From an uncultured virus (IMG/VR IMGVR_UViG_3300029309_000002) (Duplodnaviria > Heunggongvirae > Uroviricota > Caudoviricetes): a stretch of DNA of 64,000 bases. A program made the translations under genes and the position numbers. Shown piece by piece: positions 10,987 through 19,100 of this stretch (position 1 is the first letter of the stretch; every line of letters starts with the position of its first letter). The notes under the pieces are model-generated. The model had not been told where the DNA came from. It saw only the letters and a list, made by a program, of their open reading frames with translations, and did not search any database. Location of the stretch: the IMG/VR virus record IMGVR_UViG_3300029309_000002. One strand, written 5' to 3'.

Positions 10987-11871
10987 TTATCTTCTATTAG
11001 TAGCAAAACTTGAAAACATATCATAGTATTTGCTATACTGTGCTTTTCTATTAACTTCCCAAATCTTTCTTGACTCTTCAAAGTTTGGTGTATTAACAAA
11101 ACCTAATGCATTATTTCTTGCTGCTCTAAGTTTTTGTTGTATAAATTGTAATTGATTTACCACTTGCTCACCAGCAAAAATCATATTTTCTAATATTCTC
11201 TCTTTTATAGCATACTCATAATATTCATTACAATACGGATGATCAAGTACAATTAACTCTCCCCCTTGATTTTCCATAGTAGCACTATATGATAAAAATA
11301 CTTTACCTGATGTAAAGTTTGTTAATAAAAATCCATCTTTAATTTCTGCATAGTCTCTAGAAGTTATTCCTAAATTTGGACAATCAGTTTCACAAGTTGT
11401 TCCACTCACATCAGATATTCTTAAAGGATGAAACATACTATACTCTCTAAATGTGCTAGGTCCTATTCTTTGTATTACCATATAATTCTTATCACACTCT
11501 TTTATTACACAAACATCTTTACACTCAGGATCATCACATGGTCCAGTAAAACCAGGCTCAGGAGTATACTTAGGTTGTGTAGTATCTATATGCGTGCCAG
11601 ATGGCATTGTATTATTAACTTTAAATTTTCCGCAAATAGCAGCATAGCATAATGTGCTAAAGTCTGATGGTAATTGTGTCTTGCTATTTTCTACATCTAA
11701 AATAACACTATTAGTTCTTTGTATTCTAATACCTAAATCATAATTAACTCTTATAGCTACTTTAATTAATTGCTGAGGTTCAATCATACCTTCCATATCA
11801 TAAGTATTAAAATCTACTTTAACACTTTCAAGAAGTTGATCAAATGTTCTATATTTGTGTGATACGCTCAT
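10987..11871 (-). CDS. Probable tail ring/tubular (head-tail adaptor) protein
   Basis: 294 aa, directly upstream of the large tail gene; helical N- and C-termini around a beta region; assignment mainly from position. Confidence 0.5.
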   Translation of the reverse strand: MSVSHKYRTFDQLLESVKVDFNTYDMEGMIEPQQLIKVAIRVNYDLGIRIQRTNSVILDVENSKTQLPSDFSTLCYAAICGKFKVNNTMPSGTHIDTTQPKYTPEPGFTGPCDDPECKDVCVIKECDKNYMVIQRIGPSTFREYSMFHPLRISDVSGTTCETDCPNLGITSRDYAEIKDGFLLTNFTSGKVFLSYSATMENQGGELIVLDHPYCNEYYEYAIKERILENMIFAGEQVVNQLQFIQQKLRAARNNALGFVNTPNFEESRKIWEVNRKAQYSKYYDMFSSFATNRR

Positions 11872-12545
11872 TATCTGTGTATGTTTTTACTATTATCCCC
11901 ATCAAGATCAGATGGAACTTTGATTGTGTTAAATGTTGTATTTAGTATTTGATTTTCTATTTCAGAAAATAAAAACTCAGGAATATATAAATCTTGTAAA
12001 TATCTTGGAGTACAATCATCATCATCTTCACATGTCCACTTAGATATATCTTCTTCAAAAACACCTTCTAACTTAATAGCATCCCAGTCAACATTAGGTA
12101 AATATAAATAACCATCAAGAAACCAATAATATTTTGCAGTATTATATTTAAAAGTTGTAGTCTTTGACATTGAAACGTAACCACCAGGTGTTGTAGGTTG
12201 TATTTCAATACCACCATCAATAGAACTAACTGTTCTAATTAATGGTCCCCAATAACCTTGCATGAATGTAGGTAACTTTTTTTCTGTTCTCTTTATAATA
12301 CAGTTGGTTTTCATACCTACACAACTTGCTTCTACTTTATCTACCTCTATAAGTTTTACATATTTTAACTCTCTCCATACACTATTAAACTTCATAAGCT
12401 TATTAGCATTATCTTGTCTTCTCATAAAGAGTTGTGCATACTTTTTTATTAGACTATATATGTATCTATCTGTGATAAAAGCGTCTTCAGTTCCTGCTCT
12501 TATTTGTCCACGTACCCTAGATATTGCTTCTCCTATTGTTGTCAT
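11871..12545 (-). CDS. Probable tail ring/adaptor structural protein
   Basis: 224 aa, coupled to the next gene; YYWFLDGYLYL...IKLEGVFEE..C..Y pattern like crAss-type ring proteins; position. Confidence 0.5.
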   Translation of the reverse strand: MTTIGEAISRVRGQIRAGTEDAFITDRYIYSLIKKYAQLFMRRQDNANKLMKFNSVWRELKYVKLIEVDKVEASCVGMKTNCIIKRTEKKLPTFMQGYWGPLIRTVSSIDGGIEIQPTTPGGYVSMSKTTTFKYNTAKYYWFLDGYLYLPNVDWDAIKLEGVFEEDISKWTCEDDDDCTPRYLQDLYIPEFLFSEIENQILNTTFNTIKVPSDLDGDNSKNIHR

Positions 12546-12547
12546 AA

Positions 12548-13069
12548 TTATTTTTCTTTTTTATACATGTCCGCAACTCTAAATTTATTTTTAACTGTAT
12601 GATACCTTCTCCAATTAGATGGATATATCTTAGATACAGCTCTTCTAAATTGTCTTATAGCATTAAATTGCCATAGCTCTCTAGTTTTAAATTTATATTT
12701 AGGTGAGTAGTTAGTATAAAATATCTTACCTATGTATCCATTTGTGTCCCAGTTCTTATTTTCTATAACTTTCCCATACTTCTTAGATAAGGCATAATCT
12801 ACATTTACCTTTTTAGAAGGAGGACAAGATCCTATAAATAAATAACCTAGACTCTCAGGTAACTCTACGCCATTTCTATTTTCAATAACTCTCTCCCAAA
12901 TTTTGCCATTGAATGAGTTAATAACTTTCTTCAACTTATGATTACTAACACTAGAGTACATTGGATATTTTTCTTTAAATTTTTCTAAAGTATCACTATT
13001 TAATAAACTTAAAACTTTCTCCCTATATCTAGGTTTGTTTAAATCAGGTTTTTTAAAATTACTAATCAT
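12548..13069 (-). CDS. HU/IHF-like basic DNA-binding protein
   Basis: 173 aa, very Lys/Arg-rich; helix then NGVELPESLGYLFI, resembling the HU/IHF 'V.L.GFG.F' strand motif. Confidence 0.5.
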   Translation of the reverse strand: MISNFKKPDLNKPRYREKVLSLLNSDTLEKFKEKYPMYSSVSNHKLKKVINSFNGKIWERVIENRNGVELPESLGYLFIGSCPPSKKVNVDYALSKKYGKVIENKNWDTNGYIGKIFYTNYSPKYKFKTRELWQFNAIRQFRRAVSKIYPSNWRRYHTVKNKFRVADMYKKEK

Positions 13070-13114
13070 ATCTCTTACGTATATAATTTACAAAAAAATG
13101 AGGATAAATAAAAG

Positions 13115-14296
13115 TTATTCAGGAGAATATGTTAACTCACATATTTCACCCTTAGTTGGACTATGTATAGATAATACACCAGATCTTCTAGATCCTACAA
13201 ATTTATTATGGTAATGATAATAATCTGTTCTAGATAAACTTGGTAATATCTTTAACATAAATCCTGTATTTTCATGAGCTGTTATATATTCTATTTTTTT
13301 CTTATGATGATAATGTCCTGTATATAATGTTCTAAATAATGTCTTACCCCACTCTCTTGGATACTCCATAGAATATAACATTAAAGAATTCTTTGTATTT
13401 ACATCACCATGTTCAAATGCAAAAAAGTTATCTCCGTATACAAAGACTTTTCTCTCAAGATAAATTACATCCCAAAGTATGTTAGGATCATCAAAACATT
13501 TAGATAAACCATGTGCTAAATGAAATGAAGACAACCTATCATGATTACCTGGTATATATATAACTTGTAACTCATCACAAAATTGTTTTATATAGTTTAT
13601 ACTCCACTGTATAGCATCAAAAGCTTGTTTATATGCTTCTGTTGCTGTTTTGCAATTATCTAACATAGTACCACTGGTAGTAGTACCACTCCATGTATCC
13701 ATGTTAATAAGATCTCCTCCTACTACATAGAATATTTTTTCTAAATGATGTGCACTTGTTGCTCTATCAACTAAATCTTTTATAGTTTCTTCAAAATCTA
13801 AATCAATAGTTTCATTACCTTCTTTACCAAAATGTATGTCTTGTAATGACAAAACTCCAGCTGTTATTTCTTTCCCTGGAGTTTTTAATCTTTTTGTAGG
13901 TTTGAATTTCTTTGGTTTAAAACCTTTTAATAATTCTGCTACATTATCTATTTGATTATCTTTTATCTTTGTAACCATTGCAGATACACGCCAATGATCA
14001 CCCATTTGTTTATTCCAATAACTTGAAAGTTTCCACTGAGTTGTATCAATATTTAATATATCTATTATTTCTTCTGGTGACTTTGGTTCAGATGAACTTA
14101 TAGTTTCCATCTTTGCTTCACCTTTATCTAGATTTACTTCATAAGATGAAGAATTGTTTTCTTGTAATTCTCTTACCTTTACAAGATCTTTTAGAACTTC
14201 ATAGTCCTCTGCTGTTATACCTAATCTTTCTGCACAATATTCTGTTGTTTTTTTCCATTTAAATGATGCTTTAATTTTTTCTAATAATGAGTCCAT
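13115..14296 (-). CDS. Calcineurin-like metallophosphoesterase with N-terminal HTH-like segment
   Basis: Motifs DIHFG, VGGDLIN, GNHD, EHGD, GHYHH; N-terminal YCAERLGIT. Confidence 0.85.
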   Translation of the reverse strand: MDSLLEKIKASFKWKKTTEYCAERLGITAEDYEVLKDLVKVRELQENNSSSYEVNLDKGEAKMETISSSEPKSPEEIIDILNIDTTQWKLSSYWNKQMGDHWRVSAMVTKIKDNQIDNVAELLKGFKPKKFKPTKRLKTPGKEITAGVLSLQDIHFGKEGNETIDLDFEETIKDLVDRATSAHHLEKIFYVVGGDLINMDTWSGTTTSGTMLDNCKTATEAYKQAFDAIQWSINYIKQFCDELQVIYIPGNHDRLSSFHLAHGLSKCFDDPNILWDVIYLERKVFVYGDNFFAFEHGDVNTKNSLMLYSMEYPREWGKTLFRTLYTGHYHHKKKIEYITAHENTGFMLKILPSLSRTDYYHYHNKFVGSRRSGVLSIHSPTKGEICELTYSPE

Positions 14297-14314
14297 GTTT
14301 TAAAAGTTGGTTAA

Positions 14315-14330
14315 TATATTTGCAAATATA
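14315..14330. promoter_or_regulatory. 16-bp perfect palindrome TATATTTGCAAATATA containing a Bacteroidota -7 element (TAnnTTTG) on each strand
   Basis: Read directly; 18 nt upstream of the phosphoesterase ATG. Confidence 0.55.
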
Positions 14331-14332
14331 AT

Positions 14333-14365
14333 AAAAAAAGAGGCTCCGTGTTAACCCAGAGCCTC
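14333..14365 (-). terminator. Rho-independent terminator
   Basis: GAGGCTC...GAGCCTC stem followed by T7 on the minus strand, downstream of 14411..14956. Confidence 0.75.
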
Positions 14366-14410
14366 AACAATTAAGTTTAGGAAAACCAATAAACCCTTCA
14401 CTCTCTTGTT

Positions 14411-14956
14411 TTATATTAATGTTTGTGCTGTAATTATTACTGAAGAACATGTTCCATTTACTATTCTAATTTCATATACTTGATTAGAAAGTAAATTAGT
14501 AATTTCATGTTGTGTTACTGATATATTTAATCCAGTTGCTGCAGTTTGATATCCTGCTGCACCAGGCACTCTATATTCAACACTAACTGTAGCTCCATTT
14601 GGAACACCTGACCATCCTACTGTTATTGAATTATTTGTTGTTGTTTCTATATAAACTAATTGTGGTGCTGTAGTTATACAAGAAGGATCTGACATAAATA
14701 ATGCTATTCTTTGTAATATTCTATCTAATCTTTCTCCTGTTGAAATTGTAAATATTTCATTACCAACTGGTGTACTAAATGTATTAGAGCAATAAGATAC
14801 ACATGCAGCACATTGTATGTCTTCACACTGTTCAGCATCTTTACCCCTGCTGCAATCATTGTATACACATGGCATAGGTACTGAAGTATCAGCACATCCG
14901 CAATGTACATTACTACACTTAGTTCCACTATTACAATTACAATTAATACAACTCAT
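14411..14956 (-). CDS. Cys-rich virion protein with C-terminal fibronectin type III domain
   Basis: Cys-rich N-terminus; TTNNSITVGW...VEYRV...ITNLLSNQVYEIRIV is an FN3 pattern. Confidence 0.7.
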   Translation of the reverse strand: MSCINCNCNSGTKCSNVHCGCADTSVPMPCVYNDCSRGKDAEQCEDIQCAACVSYCSNTFSTPVGNEIFTISTGERLDRILQRIALFMSDPSCITTAPQLVYIETTTNNSITVGWSGVPNGATVSVEYRVPGAAGYQTAATGLNISVTQHEITNLLSNQVYEIRIVNGTCSSVIITAQTLI

Positions 14957-14973
14957 TTTATTTCTTTTTTATA

Positions 14974-16128
14974 TTATACACATTTATCTCCTGCTGCTGA
15001 TTGTGGTGCACCCCAATGTGGCGCAGTTGTGCTATATTGTGCTGTAGGACCTGATCCAGAACCACATAATGCATACCAGTTACCATTAATCAATTCTGTA
15101 TTTCTACTTGGATTATAAGGAGACGTATAAGCTTTACAATTTACATCAAACTGAATTCCTGTTGAATTCCAAACCTGAGTACATCCTGTTCTAGCACCTG
15201 CTTGTGTTAATGATGCAGTACATGCTGTAGCTGTTGTATACAACTTATCTACACCACCCATTATAGCTAGTTGTACGGTATTACAACAATTATCTTGTAT
15301 ATCTTTTACTGCTGTTCTTAAATCATCTATTGTTGTCCATACATTATGTAATGAATCTGCTAAATTTGATACTGTTGGTTTTATTGTTTTTTTATAACCT
15401 GATCCAGCAACAGGTGTAGTAAGTAAAGGTTGATTAGATGTAGCAGATGCTAAATTAGAAGGCATTCCTGAAGCATTACGCAATTGTACAAATTGTTTAT
15501 CTAACTGTTGAACAACAACATCTATAGGTGTTAATACACCTGTTCGTACTACACCACTTGAAAATAATTTTGGATTAGGTTCACCCATTGGATTATTTTC
15601 TAATGCAGTTACTCTAGCAGATACTTGATTTATAGTGCTTGTATTTGTAGAAATTCCTGTGCTACTATCACAATCATTTAACATTAAATATTCTAATACA
15701 TCTTCAATACTTCCTTCTCCAGTTGTTGAAAAACTTGCAGGTGAATTTGGTAAATTTTGAAAACATGCTGGAATAGTCATTTTACATTTAAATACATCTG
15801 AACAAGCTAAAGCATCAGCAGACACAGGAGAACCACCTGTACCTTGATTAAGGATTATATTATCAATCATCAACTGTATTAGTTGTTGAAGAGTAGTTGC
15901 TGTTGGACCTACTAGATTACTCTGATCTACTAGAGTTATATCAAAAGCTAGGCCTCCTGCTATAGATTGTTGAAGCTGACACAACAAGTTTGCCATACTA
16001 GCAACTACTGTACTTATTGTATCACCATTACATATATTTACACATTCAATATCTGGACCTTGCCATATCACACAATTAGATGATATAGGATCACAGTGCT
16101 GAGGATTATTTGCGTTAGTTGGTATCAT
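14974..16128 (-). CDS. Putative fibre/structural protein with Cys-rich N-terminus and coiled coils
   Basis: 384 aa; SSNCVIWQGPDIEC N-terminal module; heptad segments (INQVSARVTALE, IDDLRTAVKDIQ); position in tail block. Confidence 0.5.
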   Translation of the reverse strand: MIPTNANNPQHCDPISSNCVIWQGPDIECVNICNGDTISTVVASMANLLCQLQQSIAGGLAFDITLVDQSNLVGPTATTLQQLIQLMIDNIILNQGTGGSPVSADALACSDVFKCKMTIPACFQNLPNSPASFSTTGEGSIEDVLEYLMLNDCDSSTGISTNTSTINQVSARVTALENNPMGEPNPKLFSSGVVRTGVLTPIDVVVQQLDKQFVQLRNASGMPSNLASATSNQPLLTTPVAGSGYKKTIKPTVSNLADSLHNVWTTIDDLRTAVKDIQDNCCNTVQLAIMGGVDKLYTTATACTASLTQAGARTGCTQVWNSTGIQFDVNCKAYTSPYNPSRNTELINGNWYALCGSGSGPTAQYSTTAPHWGAPQSAAGDKCV

Positions 16129-16144
16129 ATCTTTAGTCTACATT

Positions 16145-16160
16145 TATAATATACAAAATT
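16145..16160 (-). promoter_or_regulatory. Candidate phage late promoter AATTTTGTATATTATA
   Basis: Identical 16-mer at 46135-46150 and near-identical copies at 22806-22820 and 13082-13097, each just upstream of a minus-strand ATG. Confidence 0.55.
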
Positions 16161-16191
16161 ATTATATCTTATTCAACATTTTCTAGGTTAA

Positions 16192-19100
16192 TTATATGAT
16201 GATTTGTTCACCAAAATCTCCATATTCAAATTTTCCACCTGCAAATGGATTGCCTGCTTCAATTGTTACAATTACTCTATAGTTACCACTTGGTAAATTA
16301 TTTGATGTAAATTGTGTTACCCCTGTAGCACTTTCAACAAGATTGCCTGTGGTATTATCTCTTATTTCTATAGCATATGTTCCATTACCTGGATTTAAGT
16401 TTACAATTATATTAGTAAATTGCACACTAATTGCACTAGCAGGCATATAACTATATGGATCAGATATATCAGTTCCCCAAATTATTTGTGGATTACCACC
16501 AGAATCTAAAAATGCATTTGAGTCACCACCTACTAAAACTTTCTTAATAGTTATACAATTACCAACAGAACTATTTGTTAAGTCATTACCATCATCTGCA
16601 CTTAGGTGAAAGTATACACCAGGATATAATTTATCTACAGGAAGAAATCCTGCCATCTGTGTAGTGTTATTAGTTGCTACTGAACTATATGTTACAGAAT
16701 TTGCACCACCTACATTAGGGGTATTATCAGCAGCAATAGGAAAATAACTAAGAAGACCAGCACTAATTTGTCCTAATCTTGAAAATCCTGGATTACCTCC
16801 ACCCTGATTAGCTGGAGATCCGTTAGGATTTGATATAAAATTACTACACCATAAACAGTTATCATTATTTACATATGGAGTACTATTACCAGCAACAGTA
16901 TTACTTCCTGTTACTACATTAGTTGGTTCTGCATTTCCTGATAAACTACAACCACTGTTTGTTCCTGTTAATGCAGTTGGACATAATGCATTATCTAAAC
17001 AAGATTGTTCAGAAGTATATATTCCTTCTTGGTCTTCAATACATTGTGTTTCTGTAACTGAGCATGATGCATCAGAAAAGTCCATCTGTATTCTTAAACC
17101 TGCTTTTGTTGAACCTAAATAAGTATTAAGTTCTGTTATATTCATATGATATATCTTAGAATCATTAATAAATACTCCACTTAGATTATTTATTGCTGGT
17201 ATTATATCAAATTTAACTGCTTGTAACCAAGTATTAGTTAAAGTTGAATCAGTATATATAACTTCAGCACCATCAAGAACTCTAAGTTGACTTGGAATTT
17301 TTTTAGTTCCATTCCATAAAGCACTATAACATTTTGATGGATCTGTGCTGCCTGCTACAAATCCCCATAACAGTCTCATCTGAAACATTACTGGTGTACT
17401 TGTAATTTCCTCAGCAAATGCTGCATCATTTGCAAATGCTTGAAGAGGAATTTGTTGTAAAGCTGGATTAAAAGCGTTTACAAAAACTAAATTTGATGTG
17501 CTATCAGTTAATACACCTGGTAAACATTTATATAATACTTGTGGTGTTGCATCTGCTAATGTAATAGTTATTGATTCTGGACAATCTGGATAATCTTCAT
17601 GATTGAAAACAACTGTATAAACATCAGCTACTAAATTATTAAAAATAATAGGAGATTGACTAAGCTGATTTGCTACTAAAGGACTTTGACCATTAGTAGC
17701 ACTATAAAGCGTTGCATTATAATCTTGTATAGATCCAGCTATAGGTATACCATTTATAAGTGTTGTAGGGTTTATTTCTATAATTCCGTCTGCTACATTA
17801 TATGAAGAAGGATCAGTAGTACCATTTGTATCTGTAGTGTAGCTAATCTCACCTACACTTCCTACAAATAGAAAATCACCTGGCGCAGGTGCACATGCAT
17901 AACATGAACCATCATCAACCGTTGCACCAGGATTGTAGTTTGCAGCAGATGGTTGAGTACAACCAGCAACCTCATTATTAACAGAATCACCACAACATTG
18001 AGCTGTACATTCTTCTTCCGTTGCATACGTTCCATTTACACTTTCTATACAAGTACAATCATCATATGTACAAGTACAATTTGCTACTTGATAATGCAGT
18101 TCAAAACCTGCAACTACTCCTCCAGGATGGTTAAACTGACCAATAACACTTTGAACTTGTGAAAAAGTTGCACCATTTAAAAGATATGGTGTTGTATTAC
18201 CTGTTACTGGATCTACTGTTGTTCCGTCTATACCAGCATCATTTAAATATTGTAGTAAATCCATCCATGACCAATTGCTTATACCTAAACCACCTAATGT
18301 AACACTTTGTCCTGCACTTGGATCGTATACACTAAGTTCTATACTTATAAAAGATTTCCAATAACTATCTCCTTGAACACCTGTTCCTGGTACAATACAT
18401 GATCCAGCTGATCCAGAAACTCTATATTTATAAGTATTAAAACCAGTATCAGTATTAAATGGAGGAATTGCACACCAAGTATTAATTGCTGATATATCAT
18501 TAAGAAATAGCAACATAGGACTAAATCCAATTTTTAAATTACATGAATCTGAAACTGCACCAGTAAAACATTCCCATAATAATGGTGGTGGAGTTGTATT
18601 ACAGCATGTTAAATCATTTGAACAATCAGCTAATGTAGGATAAACACCTGAACCATCTAACATTTCTTGACATTCACATTCTGTATCTTGTGTTACATCA
18701 CATTGACATAATGCAAAATCCATAGTAATATTTGGCTTTATCTCTGTGCCTCCAGTAGACCATCCATAAGGAGCTATAGCAAAAGCATTATTAATTTCTT
18801 CAGTGCTTAAAGTACCAGCTACAGGGCCTGTATTAGTAAATGCCCCTGCAGTAGTAATAGTATTTCCTTGTGGATCGTTTAATATAATAACACCAGCATT
18901 AAATAATAATTGTATATCACTATAAAGTTCTATTAGATCAGTATAATATTTATATGCATATATACCTCCAGAAACTTGAGTTGCATTTGGTATTATAGTA
19001 CCCCAATTATATAAAAAGTTAAATGTTATTCTTATTGGATTTGCTGGTGCAGTATTTAAAATTCCAGGAGGAGCTGGTGGTACACTACAAACAGGACATA

